From Auanema rhodensis (Eukaryota > Animalia > Nematoda), in NCBI GenBank assembly GCA_964057225.1, contig OZ059896.1, forward strand, positions 1,054,001-1,118,000: 64,000 nucleotides of DNA, written 5' to 3'. Shown piece by piece: positions 12,301 through 27,200 of the stretch. Numbering within the stretch: position 1 is the stretch's first letter; every line of letters starts with the position of its first letter. The notes beneath the pieces are model-generated. The model had not been told where the DNA came from, ran no database searches, and was given only the letters and a program-made list of their open reading frames with translations. The translations under genes and the position numbers were made by a program.

Positions 12301-15300
12301 AGCGTTTCTCAATGTAGTATAGTGCATTCGATGCGGATTTTTAAGCTGCGTCGATCTGTACTATCAGATTTGCGCTGGCTTGAAAATGCACCGAGATATC
12401 AACTGATATAAGTTTACACCTATATCCTCTATTTTCACCCTGAAGAATTAATTTTTTCGTTGAATAACATTGTCCATCGTTTTTGCCTTGAAAAAAGGAA
12501 TCTAAAAACATCTACTTTTTGCTAAATTATTTTGAAATTTTTCGAAAAAATTTTTGTCAAAATGTTTTTGGAAGCAATTTTGAGTGTACATGGAAACTCA
12601 ACATACACTAATGCATCATTTTTCAAACGATCATAACTTATTTTTGTATTAAGCGTTTCTCAATGTAGTATAGTGCATTCGATGCGGATTTTTAAGCTGC
12701 GTCGATCTGTACTATCAGATTTGCGCTAGCTCGAAAATGCACCGAGATATCAACTGATATAAGTTCACACTTATATCCTCTATTTTCACCCTGAAGAATT
12801 AATTTTTTCGTTGAATTACATTGTCCATCGTTTTTGCCTTGAAAAAAGGAATCTAAAAACATCTACTTTTTGCTAAATTATCTTGAAATTTTTCGAAAAA
12901 ATTTTTGTCAAAATGTTTTTGGAAGCAATTTTGAGTGTACATGGAAACTCAACATACACTAATGCATCATTTTTCAAACGATCATAACTTATTTTTGTAT
13001 TAAGCGTTTCTCAATGTAGTATAGTGCATTCGATGCGGATTTTTAAGCTGCGTCGATCTGTACTATCAGATTTGCGCTAGCTCGAAAATGCACCGAGATA
13101 TCAACTGATATAAGTTCACACTTATATCCTCGATTTTCACCCTGAAGAATTGATTTTTTCGTTGAATAACATTGTCCATCGTTTTTGCCTCGGAAAAAGG
13201 AATCTAAAAACATCTACTTTTTGCTACATTATTTTGAAATTTTTCGAAAAAAATTTTGTCAAAATGTTTTTGGAAGCAATTTTGAGTGTACATGGAAACT
13301 CAACATACACTAATGCATCATTTTTCAAAAGATCATAACTAATTTTTGTATTAAGCGTTTCTCAATGTAGTATAGTGCATTCGATGCGGATTATTAAGCT
13401 GCGTCGATCTGTACTATCAGATTTGCGCTAGCTTAAAAATGCACCGAGATATCAACTGATATAAGTTCACACTTATATCCTCGATTTTCACCCTGAAGAA
13501 TTAATTTTTTCGTTGAATAACATTGTCCATCGTTTTTGCCTTGAAAAAAGGAATCTAAAAACATCTACTTTTTGCTAAATTATTTTGAAATTTTTCGAAA
13601 AAATTTTTGTCAAAATGTTTTTGGAAGCAATTTTGAGTGTACATGGAAACTCAACATACACTAATGCATCATTTTTCAAACGATCATAACTTATTTTTGT
13701 ATTAAGCGTTTCTCAATGTAGTATAGTGCATTCGATGCGGATTTTTAAGCTGCGTCGATCTGTACTATCAGATTTGCGCTAGCTCGAAAATGCACCGAGA
13801 TATCAACTGATAAAAGTTCACACTTATATCCTCGATTTTCACCCTGAAGAATTGATTTTTTCGTTGAATAACATTGTCCATCGTTTTTGCCTCAAAAAAA
13901 GGAATCTAAAAACATCTACTTTTTGCTAAATTATTTTGAAATTTTTCGAAAAAATTTTTGTCAAAATGTTTTTGGAAGCAATTTTGAGTGTACATGGAAA
14001 CTCAACATACACTAATGCATCATTTTTCAAAAGATCATAACTAATTTTTGTATTAAGCGTTTCTTAATGTAGTATAGTGCATTCGATGCGGATTATTAAG
14101 CTGCGTCGATCTGTACTATCAGATTTGCGCTAGCTTAAAAATGCACCGAGATATCAACTGATATAAGTTCACACCTATATCCTCGATTTTCACCCTGAAG
14201 AATTAATTTTTTCGTTGAATAACATTGTCCATCGTTTTTGCCTTGAAAAAAGGAATCTAAAAACATCTACTTTTCGCTAAATTATTTTGAAATTTTTTGA
14301 AAAAATTTTTGTCAAAATGTTTTTGGAAGCAATTTTGAGTGTACATGGAAACTCAACATACACTAATGCATCATTTTTCAAACGATCATAACTAATTTTT
14401 GTATTAAGCGTTTCTCAATGTAGTATAGTGCATTCGATGCGGATTTTTAAGCTGCGTCGATCTGTACTATCAGATTTGCGCTAGCTTGAAAATGCACCGA
14501 GATATCAACTGATATAAGTTCACACTTATATCCTCGATTTTCACCCTGAAGAATTAATTTTTTCGTTGAATAACATTGTCCATCGTTTTTGCCTCGAAAA
14601 AAGGAATCTAAAAACATCTACTTTTCGCTAAATTATTTTGAAATTTTTCGAAAAAATTTTTGTCAAAATGTTTTTGGAAGCAATTTTGAGTGTACATGGA
14701 AACTCAACATACACTAATGCATCATTTTTCAAACGATCATAACTTATTTTTGTATTAAGCGTTTCTCAATGTAGTATAGTGCATTCGATGCGGATTTTTA
14801 AGCTGCGTCGATCTGTACTATCAGATTTGCGCTAGCTCGAAAATGCACCGAGATATCAACTGATATAAGTTCACACTTATATCCTCGATTTTCACCCTGA
14901 AGAATTGATTTTTTCGTTGAATAACATTGTCCATCGTTTTTGCCTCGGAAAAAGGAATCTAAAAACATCTACTTTTTGCTACATTATTTTGAAATTTTTC
15001 GAAAAAAATTTTGTCAAAATGTTTTTGGAAGCAATTTTGAGTGTACATGGAAACTCAACATACACTAATGCATCATTTTTCAAAAGATCATAACTAATTT
15101 TTGTATTAAGCGTTTCTCAATGTAGTATAGTGCATTCGATGCGGATTATTAAGCTGCGTCGATCTGTACTATCAGATTTGCGCTAGCTTAAAAATGCACC
15201 GAGATATCAACTGATATAAGTTCACACTTATATCCTCGATTTTCACCCTGAAGAATTAATTTTTTCGTTGAATAACATTGTCCATCGTTTTTGCCTTGAA

Positions 15301-18251
15301 AAAAGGAATCTAAAAACATCTACTTTTTGCTAAATTATTTTGAAATTTTTCGAAAAAATTTTTGTCAAAATGTTTTTGGAAGCAATTTTGAGTGTACATG
15401 GAAACTCAACATACACTAATGCATCATTTTTCAAACGATCATAACTTATTTTTGTATTAAGCGTTTCTCAATGTAGTATAGTGCATTCGATGCGGATTTT
15501 TAAGCTGCGTCGATCTGTACTATCAGATTTGCGCTAGCTCGAAAATGCACCGAGATATCAACTGATAAAAGTTCACACTTATATCCTCGATTTTCACCCT
15601 GAAGAATTGATTTTTTCGTTGAATAACATTGTCCATCGTTTTTGCCTCGAAAAAAGGAATCTAAAAACATCTACTTTTTGCTAAATTATTTTGAAATTTT
15701 TCGAAAAAATTTTTGTCAAAATGTTTTTGGAAGCAATTTTGAGTGTACATGGAAACTCAACATACACTAATGCATCATTTTTCAAAAGATCATAACTAAT
15801 TTTTGTATTAAGCGTTTCTCAATGTAGTATAGTGCATTCGATGCGGATTATTAAGCTGCGTCGATCTGTACTATCAGATTTGCGCTAGCTTAAAAATGCA
15901 CCGAGATATCAACTGATATAAGTTCACACCTATATCCTCGATTTTCACCCTGAAGAATTAATTTTTTCGTTGAATAACATTGTCCATCGTTTTTGCCTTG
16001 AAAGAAGGAATCTAAAAACATCTACTTTTCGCTAAATTATTTTGAAATTTTTTGAAAAAATTTTTGTCAAAATGTTTTTGGAAGCAATTTTGAGTGTACA
16101 TGGAAACTCAACATACACTAATGCATCATTTTTCAAACGATCATAACTAATTTTTGTATTAAGCGTTTCTCAATGTAGTATAGTGCATTCGATGCGGATT
16201 TTTAAGCTGCGTCGATCTGTACTATCAGATTTGCGCTAGCTTGAAAATGCACCGAGATATCAACTGATATAAGTTCACACTTATATCCTCGATTTTCACC
16301 CTGAAGAATTAATTTTTTCGTTGAATAACATTGTCCATCGTTTTTGCCTCGAAAAAAGGAATCTAAAAACATCTACTTTTCGCTAAATTATTTTGAAATT
16401 TTTCGAAAAAATTTTTGTCAAAATGTTTTTGGAAGCAATTTTGAGTGTACATGGAAACTCAACATACACTAATGCATCATTTTTCAAACGATCATAACTT
16501 ATTTTTGTATTAAGCGTTTCTCAATGTAGTATAGTGCATTCGATGCGGATTTTTAAGCTGCGTCGATCTGTACTATCAGATTTGCGCTAGCTCGAAAATG
16601 CACCGAGATATCAACTGATATAAGTTCACACTTATATCCTCGATTTTCACCCTGAAGAATTGATTTTTTCGTTGAATAACATTGTCCATCGTTTTTGCCT
16701 CGGAAAAAGGAATCTAAAAACATCTACTTTTTGCTACATTATTTTGAAATTTTTCGAAAAAAATTTTGTCAAAATGTTTTTGGAAGCAATTTTGAGTGTA
16801 CATGGAAACTCAACATACACTAATGCATCATTTTTCAAAAGATCATAACTAATTTTTGTATTAAGCGTTTCTCAATGTAGTATAGTGCATTCGATGCGGA
16901 CTATTAAGCTGCGTCGATCTGTACTATCAGATTTGCGCTAGCTTAAAAATGCACCGAGATATCAACTGATATAAGTTCACACTTATATCCTCGATTTTCA
17001 CCCTGAAGAATTAATTTTTTCGTTGAATAACATTGTCCATCGTTTTTGCCTTGAAAAAAGGAATCTAAAAACATCTACTTTTTGCTAAATTATTTTGAAA
17101 TTTTTCGAAAAAATTTTTGTCAAAATGTTTTTGGAAGCAATTTTGAGTGTACATGGAAACTCAACATACACTAATGCATCATTTTTCAAACGATCATAAC
17201 TTATTTTTGTATTAAGCGTTTCTCAATGTAGTATAGTGCATTCGATGCGGATTTTTAAGCTGCGTCGATCTGTACTATCAGATTTGCGCTAGCTCGAAAA
17301 TGCACCGAGATATCAACTGATATAAGTTCACACTTATATCCTCGATTTTCACCCTGAAGAATTGATTTTTTCGTTGAATAACATTGTCCATCGTTTTTGC
17401 CTCGAAAAAAGGAATCTAAAAACATCTACTTTTTGCTAAATTATTTTGAAATTTTTCGAAAAAATTTTTGTCAAAATGTTTTTGGAAGCAATTTTGAGTG
17501 TACATGGAAACTCAACATACACTAATGCATCATTTTTCAAAAGATCATAACTAATTTTTGTATTAAGCGTTTCTCAATGTAGTATAGTGCATTCGATGCG
17601 GATTATTAAGCTGCGTCGATCTGTACTATCAGATTTGCGCTAGCTTAAAAATGCACCGAGATATCAACTGATATAAGTTCACACCTATATCCTCGATTTT
17701 CACCCTGAAGAATTGATTTTTTCGTTGAATAACATTGTCCATCGTTTTTGCCTCGAAAAAAGGAATCTAAAAACATCTACTTTTTGCTAAATTATTTTGA
17801 AATTTTTCGAAAAAATTTTTGTCAAAATGTTTTTGGAAGCAATTTTGAGTGTACATGGAAACTCAACATACACTAATGCATCATTTTTCAAAAGATCATA
17901 ACTAATTTTTGTATTAAGCGTTTCTCAATGTAGTATAGTGCATTCGATGCGGATTATTAAGCTGCGTCGATCTGTACTATCAGATTTGCGCTAGCTTAAA
18001 AATGCACCGAGATATCAACTGATATAAGTTCACACCTATATCCTCGATTTTCACCCTGAAGAATTAATTTTTTCGTTGAATAACATTGTCCATCGTTTTT
18101 GCCTTGAAAAAAGGAATCTAAAAACATCTACTTTTCGCTAAATTATTTTGAAATTTTTTGAAAAAATTTTTGTCAAAATGTTTTTGGAAGCAATTTTGAG
18201 TGTACATGGAAACTCAACATACACTAATGCATCATTTTTCAAACGATCATA

Positions 18252-21200
18252 ACTTATTTTTGTATTAAGCGTTTCTCAATGTAGTATAGTGCATTCGATG
18301 CGGATTTTCAAGCTGCGTCGATCTGTGTTATCAAATTTCCGCTAGCTTAAAAATGCACCGAGATATCAACTGATATAAGTTCACACCTATATCCTCGATT
18401 TTCACCCTGAAGAATTAATTTTTTCGTTGAATAACATTGTCCATCGTTTTTGCCTTGAAAAAAGGTATCTAAAAACATCTACTTTTCGCTAAATTATTTT
18501 GAAATTTTTTGAAAAAATTTTTGTCAAAATGTTTTTGGAAGCAATTTTGAGTGTACATGGAAACTCAACATACACTAATGCATCATTTTTCAAACGATCA
18601 TAACTAATTTTTGTATTAAGCTTTTCTTAATGTAGTATAGTGCATTCGATGCGGATTTTTAAGCTGCGTCGATCTGTGTTATCAAATTTCCGCTAGCTTA
18701 AAAATGCACCGAGATATCAACTGATATAAGTTCACACCTATATCCTCGATTTTCACCCTGAAGAATTAATTTTTTCGTTGAATAACATTGTCCATCGTTT
18801 TTGCCTTGAAAAAAGGAATCTAAAAACATCTACTTTTCGCTAAATTATTTTGAAATTTTTTGAAAAAATTTTTGTCAAAATGTTTTTGGAAGCAATTTTG
18901 AGTGTACATGGAAACTCAACATACACTAATGCATCATTTTTCAAACGATCATAACTAATTTTTGTATTAAGCTTTTCTTAATGTAGTATAGTGCATTCGA
19001 TGCGGATTTTTAAGCTGCGTCGATCTGTGTTATCAAATTTCCGCTAGCTTAAAAATGCACCGAGATATCAACTGATATAAGTTCACACTTATATCCTCGA
19101 TTTTCACCCTGAAGAATTAATTTTTTCGTTGAATAACATTGTCCATCGTTTTTACCTCGAAAAAAGGAATCTAAAAACATCTACTTTTCGCTAAATTATT
19201 TTGAAATTTTTCGAAAAAATTTTTGTCAAAATGTTTTTGGAAGCAATTTTGAGTGTACATGGAAACTCAACATACACTAATGCATCATTTTTCAAACGAT
19301 CATAACTAATTTTTGTATTAAGCGTTTCTCAATGTAGTATAGTGCATTCGATGCGGATTTTTAAGCTGCGTCGATCTGTACTATCAGATTTGCGCTAGCT
19401 TGAAAATGCACCGAGATATCAACTGATATAAGTTCACACTTATATTCTCGATTTTCACCCTGAAGAATTAATTTTTTCGTTGAATAACATTGTCCATCGT
19501 TTTTGCCTCGAAAAAAGGAATCTAAAAACATCTACTTTTTGCTAAATTATTTTGAAATTTTTCGAAAAAATTTTTGTCAAAATGTTTTTGGAAGCAATTT
19601 TGAGTGTACATGGAAACTCAACATACACTAATGCATCATTTTTCAAACGATCATAACTTATTTTTGTATTAAGCGTTTCTCAATGTAGTATAGTGCATTC
19701 GATGCGGATTTTTAAGCTGCGTCGATCTGTACTATCAGATTTGCGCTAGCTTGAAAATGCACCGAGATATCAACTGATATAAGTTCACACTTATATCCTC
19801 GATTTTCACCCTGAAGAATTATTTTTTCGTTGAATAACATTGTCCATCGTTTTTGCCTCGAAAAAAGGAATCTAAAAACATCTACTTTTTGCTTAATTAT
19901 TTTGAAATTTTTCGAAAAAATTTTTGTCAAAATGTTTTTGGAAGCAATTTTGAGTGTACATGGAAACTCAACATACACTAATGCATCATTTTTCAAACGA
20001 TCATAACTAATTTTTGTATTAAGCTTTTCTTAATGTAGTATAGTGCATTCGATGCGGATTTTTAAGCTGCGTCGATCTGTGTTATCAGATTTGCGCTAGC
20101 TAAAAAATGCACCGAGATATCAACTGATATAAGTTCACACCTATATCCTCGATTTTCACCCTGAAGAATTAATTTTTTCTTTGAATAACATTGTCCATCG
20201 TTTTTGCCTTGAAAAAAGGAATCTAAAAACATCTACTTTTCGCTAAATTATTTTGAAATTTTTTGAAAAAATTTTTGTCAAAATGTTTTTGGAAGCAATT
20301 TTGAGTGTACATGGAAACTCAACATACACTATTGCATCATTTTTCAAACGATCATAACTAATTTTTGTATTAAGCTTTTCTTAATGTAGTATAGTGCATT
20401 CGATGCGGATTTTTAAGCTGCGTCGATCTGTGTTATCAAATTTCCGCTAGCTTAAAAATGCACCGAGATATCAACTGATATAAGTTCACACTTATATCCT
20501 CGATTTTCACCCTGAAGAATTAATTTTTTCGTCGAATAACATTGTCCATCGTTTTTGCCTCGAAAAAAGGAATCTAAAAACATCTACTTTTCGCTAAATT
20601 ATTTTGAAATTTTTCGAAAAAATTTTTGTCAAAATGTTTTTGGAAGCAATTTTGAGTGTACATGGAAACTCAACATACACTAATGCATCATTTTTCAAAC
20701 GATCATAACTAATTTTTGTATTAAGCGTTTCTCAATGTAGTATAGTGCATTCGATGCGGATTTTTAAGCTGCGTCGATCTGTATTATCAGATTTGCGCTA
20801 GCTTGAAAATGCACCGAGATATCAACTGATATAAGTTCACACTTATATCCTCGATTTTCACCCTGAAGAATTATTTTTTCGTTGAATAACATTGTCCATC
20901 GTTTTTGCCTCGAAAAAAGGAATCTAAAAACATCTACTTTTTGCTTAATTTTTTTGAAATTTTTCGAAAAAATTTTTGTCAAAATGTTTTTGGAAGCAAT
21001 TTTGAGTGTACATGAAAACTCAACATACACTAATGCATCATTTTTCAAACGATCATAACTAATTTTTGTATTAAGCGTTTCTCAATGTAGTATAGTGCAT
21101 TCGATGCGGATTTTTAAGCTGCGTCGATCTGTATTATCAGATTTGCGCTAGCTTGAAAATGCACCGAGATATCAACTGATATAAGTTCACACTTATATCC

Positions 21201-24200
21201 TCGATTTTCACCCTGAAGAATTATTTTTTCGTTGAATAACATTGTCCATCGTTTTTGCCTCGAAAAAAGAAATCTAAAAACATCTACTTTTCGCTAAATT
21301 ATTTTGAAATTTTTCGAAAAAATTTTTGTCAAAATGTTTTTGGAAGCAATTTTGAGTGTACATGGAAACTCAACATACACTAATGCATCATTTTTCAAAC
21401 GATCATAACTAATTTTTGTATTAAGCGTTTCTCAATGTAGTATAGTGCATTCGATGCGGATTTTTAAGCTGCGTCGATCTGTATTATCAGATTTGCGCTA
21501 GCTTGAAAATGCACCGAGATATCAACTGATATAAGTTCACACTTATATCCTCGATTTTCACCCTGAAGAATTATTTTTTCGTTGAATAACATTGTCCATC
21601 GTTTTTGCCTCGAAAAAAGGAATCTAAAAACATCTACTTTTTGCTTAATTTTTTTGAAATTTTTCGAAAAAATTTTTGTCAAAATGTTTTTGGAAGCAAT
21701 TTTGAGTGTACATGGAAACTCAACATACACTAATGCATCATTTTTCAAACGATCATAACTAATTTTTGTATTAAGCTTTTCTTAATGTAGTATAGTGCAT
21801 TCGATGCGGATTTTTAAGCTGCGTCGATCTGTGTTATCAGATTTGCGCTAGCTGAAAAATGCACCGAGATATCAACTGATATAAGTTCACACCTATATCC
21901 TCGATTTTCACCCTGAAGAATTAATTTTTTCTTTGAATAACATTGTCCATCGTTTTTGCCTTGAAAAAAGGAATCTAAAAACATCTACTTTTCGCTAAAT
22001 TATTTTGAAATTTTTTGAAAAAATTTTTGTCAAAATGTTTTTGGAAGCAATTTTGAGTGTACATGGAAACTCAACATACACTATTGCATCATTTTTCAAA
22101 CGATCATAACTAATTTTTGTATTAAGCTTTTCTTAATGTAGTATAGTGCATTGGATGCGGATTTTTAAGCTGCGTCGATCTGTGTTATCAGATTTGCGCT
22201 AGCTTAAAAATGCACCGAGATATCAACTGATATAAGTTCACACTTATATCCTCGATTTTCACCCTGAAGAATTAATTTTTTCGTTGAATAACATTGTCCA
22301 TCGTTTTTGCCTCGAAAAAAGGAATCTAAAAACATCTATTTTTCGCTAAATTATTTTGAAATTTTTCGAAAAAATTTTTGTCAAAATGTTTTTGGAAGCA
22401 ATTTTGAGTGTACATGGAAACTCAACATACACTAATGCATCATTTTTCAAACGATCATAACTAATTTTTGTATTAAGCGTTTCTCAATGTAGTATAGTGC
22501 ATTCGATGCGGATTTTTAAGCTGCGTCGATCTGTACTATCAGATTTGCGCTAGCTTGAAAATGCACCGAGATATCAACTGATATAAGTTCACACTTATAT
22601 CCTCGATTTTCACCCTGAAGAATTAATTTTTTCGTTGAATAACATTGTCCATCGTTTTTGCCTCGAAAAAAGGAATCTAAAAACATCTACTTTTCGCTAA
22701 ATTATTTTGAAATTTTTCGAAAAAATTTTTGTCAAAATGTTTTTGGAAGCAATTTTGAGTGTACATGGAAACTCAACATACACTAATGCATCATTTTCCA
22801 AACGATCATAACTAATTTTTGTATTAAGCTTTTCACAATGTAGTATAGTGCATTCAATGCGGATTTTTAAGCTGCGTCGATCTGTGTTATCAAATTTCCG
22901 CTAGCTTAAAAATGCACCGAGATATCAACTGATATAAGTTCACACTTATATCCTCGATTTTCACCCTGAAGAATTAATTTTTTCGTTGAATAACATTGTC
23001 CATCGTTTTTGCCTCGAAAAAAGGAATCTAAAAACATCTACTTTTCGCTAAATTATTTTGAAATTTTTCGAAAAAATTTTTGTCAAAATGTTTTTGGAAG
23101 CAATTTTGAGTGTACATGGAAACTCAACATACACTAATGCATCATTTTTCAAACGATCATAACTAATTTTTGTATTAAGCGTTTCTCAATGTAGTATAGT
23201 GCATTCGATGCGGATTTTTAAGCTGCGTCGATCTGTACTATCAGATTTGCGCTAGCTTGAAAATGCACCGAGATATCAACTGATATAAGTTCACACTTAT
23301 ATCCTCGATTTTCACCCTGAAGAATTAATTTTTTCGTTGAATAACATTGTCCATCGTTTTTACCTCGAAAAAAGGAATCTAAAAACATCTACTTTTCGCT
23401 AAATTATTTTGAAATTTTTCGAAAAAATTTTTGTCAAAATGTTTTTGGAAGCAATTTTGAGTGTACATGGAAACTCAACATACACTAATGCATCATTTTT
23501 CAAACGATCATAACTAATTTTTGTATTAAGCTTTTCACAATGTAGTATAGTGCATTCGATGCGGATTTTTAAGCTGCGTTGATCTGTACTATCAGATTTG
23601 CGCTAGCTTGAAAATGCACCGAGATATCAACTGATATAAGTTCACACTTATATCCTCGGTTTTCACCCTGAAGAATTAATTTTTTCGTTGAATAACATTG
23701 TCCATCGTTTTTGCCTCAAAAAAAGGAATCTAAAAACATCTACTTTTCGCTAAATTATTTTGAAATTTTTCGAAAAAATTTTTGTCAAAATGTTTTTGGA
23801 AGCAATTTTGAGTGTACATGGAAACTCAACATACACTAATGCATCATTTTTCAAACGATCATAACTAATTTTTGTATTAAGCTTTTCTTAATGTAGTATA
23901 GTGCATTCGATGCGGATTTTTAAGCTGCGTCGATCTGTGTTATCAGATTTGCGCTAGCTGAAAAATGCACCGAGATATCAACTGATATAAGTTCACACCT
24001 ATATCCTCGATTTTCACCCTGAAGAATTAATTTTTTCTTTGAATAACATTGTCCATCGTTTTTGCCTTGAAAAAAGGAATCTAAAAACATCTACTTTTCG
24101 CTAAATTATTTTGAAATTTTTTGAAAAAATTTTTGTCAAAATGTTTTTGGAAGCAATTTTGAGTGTACATGGAAACTCAACATACACTATTGCATCATTT

Positions 24201-27200
24201 TTCAAACGATCATAACTAATTTTTGTATTAAGCTTTTCTTAATGTAGTATAGTGCATTCGATGCGGATTTTTAAGCTGCGTCGATCTGTGTTATCAAATT
24301 TCCGCTAGCTTAAAAATGCACCGAGATATCAACTGATATAAGTTCACACTTATATCCTCGATTTTCACCCTGAAGAATTAATTTTTTCGTTGAATAACAT
24401 TGTCCATCGTTTTTGCCTCGAAAAAAGGAATCTAAAAACATCTACTTTTCGCTAAATTATTTTGAAATTTTTCGAAAAAATTTTTGTCAAAATGTTTTTG
24501 GAAGCAATTTTGAGTGTACATGGAAACTCAACATACACTAATGCATCATTTTTCAAACGATCATAACTAATTTTTGTATTAAGCGTTTCTCAATGTAGTA
24601 TAGTGCATTCGATGCGGATTTTTAAGCTGCGTCGATCTGTACTATCAGATTTGCGCTAGCTTGAAAATGCACCGAGATATCAACTGATATAAGTTCACAC
24701 TTATATCCTCGATTTTCACCCTGAAGAATTAATTTTTTCGTTGAATAACATTGTCCATCGTTTTTGCCTCGAAAAAAGGAATCTAAAAACATCTACTTTT
24801 CGCTAAATTATTTTGAAATTTTTCGAAAAAATTTTTGTCAAAATGTTTTTGGAAGCAATTTTGAGTGTACATGGAAACTCAACATACACTAATGCATCAT
24901 TTTCCAAACGATCATAACTAATTTTTGTATTAAGCTTTTCACAATGTAGTATAGTGCATTCAATGCGGATTTTTAAGCTGCGTCGATCTGTGTTATCAAA
25001 TTTCCGCTAGCTTAAAAATGCACCGAGATATCAACTGATATAAGTTCACACTTATATCCTCGATTTTCACCCTGAAGAATTAATTTTTTCGTTGAATAAC
25101 ATTGTCCATCGTTTTTGCCTCGAAAAAAGGAATCTAAAAACATCTACTTTTCGCTAAATTATTCTGAAATTTTTCGAAAAAATTTTTGTCAAAATGTTTT
25201 TGGAAGCAATTTTGAGTGTACATGGAAACTCAACATACACTAATGCATCATTTTTCAAACGATCATAACTAATTTTTGTATTAAGCGTTTCTCAATGTAG
25301 TATAGTGCATTCGATGCGGATTTTTAAGCTGCGTCGATCTGTACTATCAGATTTGCGCTAGCTTGAAAATGCACCGAGATATCAACTGATATAAGTTCAC
25401 ACTTATATCCTCGATTTTCACCCTGAAGAATTAATTTTTTCGTTGAATAACATTGTCCATCGTTTTTGCCTCGAAAAAAGGAATCTAAAAACATCTACTT
25501 TTCGCTAAATTATTTTGAAATTTTTCGAAAAAATTTTTGTCAAAATGTTTTTGGAAGCAATTTTGAGTGTACATGGAAACTCAACATACACTAATGCATC
25601 ATTTTCCAAACGATCATAACTAATTTTTGTATTAAGCTTTTCACAATGTAGTATAGTGCATTCAATGCGGATTTTTAAGCTGCGTCGATCTGTGTTATCA
25701 AATTTCCGCTAGCTTAAAAATGCACCGAGATATCAACTGATATAAGTTCACACTTATATCCTCGATTTTCACCCTGAAGAATTAATTTTTTCGTTGAATA
25801 ACATTGTCCATCGTTTTTACCTCGAAAAAAGGAATCTAAAAACATCTACTTTTCGCTAAATTATTTTGAAATTTTTCAAAAAAATTTTTGTCAAAATGTT
25901 TTTGGAAGCAATTTTGAGTGTACATGGAAACTCAACATACACTAATGCATCATTTTTCAAACGATCATAACTAATTTTTGTATTAAGCGTTTCTCAATGT
26001 AGTATAGTGCATTCGATGCGGATTTTTAAGCTGCGTTGATCTGTACTATCAGATTTGCGCTAGCTTGAAAATGCACCGAGATATCAACTGATATAAGTTC
26101 ACACTTATATCCTCGATTTTCACCCTGAAGAATTATTTTTTCGTTGAATAACATTGTCCATCGTTTTTGCCTCGAAAAAAGGAATCTAAAAACATCTACT
26201 TTTTGCTTAATTATTTTGAAATTTTTCGAAAAAATTTTTGTCAAAATGTTTTTGGAAGCAATTTTGAGTGTACATGGAAACTCAACATACACTAATGCAT
26301 CATTTTCCAAACGATCATAACTAATTTTTGTATTAAGCTTTTCACAATGTAGTATAGTGCATTCAATGCGGATTTTTAAGCTGCGTCGATCTGTGTTATC
26401 AAATTTCCGCTAGCTTAAAAATGCACCGAGATATCAACTGATATAAGTTCACACTTATATCCTCGATTTTCACCCTGAAGAATTAATTTTTTCGTTGAAT
26501 AACATTGTCCATCGTTTTTGCCTCGAAAAAAGGAATCTAAAAACATCTACTTTTCGCTAAATTATTTTGAAATTTTTCAAAAAAATTTTTGTCAAAATGT
26601 TTTTGGAAGCAATTTTGAGTGTACATGGAAACTCAACATACACTAATGCATCATTTTTCAAACGATCATAACTAATTTTTGTATTAAGCGTTTCTCAATG
26701 TAGTATAGTGCATTCGATGCGGATTTTTAAGCTGCGTCGATCTGTACTATCAGATTTGCGCTAGCTTGAAAATGCACCGAGATATCAACTGATATAAGTT
26801 CACACTTATATCCTCGATTTTCACCCTGAAGAATTAATTTTTTCGTTGAATAACATTGTCCATCGTTTTTGCCTCGAAAAAAGGAATCTAAAAACATCTA
26901 CTTTTCGCTAAATTATTTTGAAATTTTTCGAAAAAATTTTTGTCAAAATGTTTTTGGAAGCAATTTTGAGTGTACATGGAAACTCAACATACACTAATGC
27001 ATCATTTTCCAAACGATCATAACTAATTTTTGTATTAAGCTTTTCACAATGTAGTATAGTGCATTCAATGCGGATTTTTAAGCTGCGTCGATCTGTGTTA
27101 TCAAATTTCCGCTAGCTTAAAAATGCACCGAGATATCAACTGATATAAGTTCACACTTATATCCTCGATTTTCACCCTGAAGAATTAATTTTTTCGTTGA

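Larger units (their letters stand above)
1..18251 (+). repeat. Array domain 1 (M1-M52): variable 5-8-monomer higher-order repeats
   Basis: Characteristic variants are T56A with G98A, A166G, A207G with A241C, C344A, and the set A93G+C131T+T136C+G146T. One marker monomer (carrying the 62-aa ORF) recurs at spacings of 1755, 2808, 2808, 2457, 1755 and 1755 bp, i.e. 5, 8, 8, 7, 5 and 5 monomers. Confidence 0.85.

Noticed and set aside
3322-16848. Seven identical 62-aa + strand ORFs (MIFSLNNIVHRF...)
   Set aside because: They start at a TTG created by variant A166G and stay open because A241C removes a TAA. They are F/K/N-rich translations of A/T tracts with no recognisable domain, and they track one monomer type.
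19712-26310. Four 94-aa - strand ORFs (MKNDALVYVEF...)
   Set aside because: TTG start, open only in 4 of 182 monomers through a 1-bp deletion plus a stop loss, with no recognisable homology. Not called as CDS.
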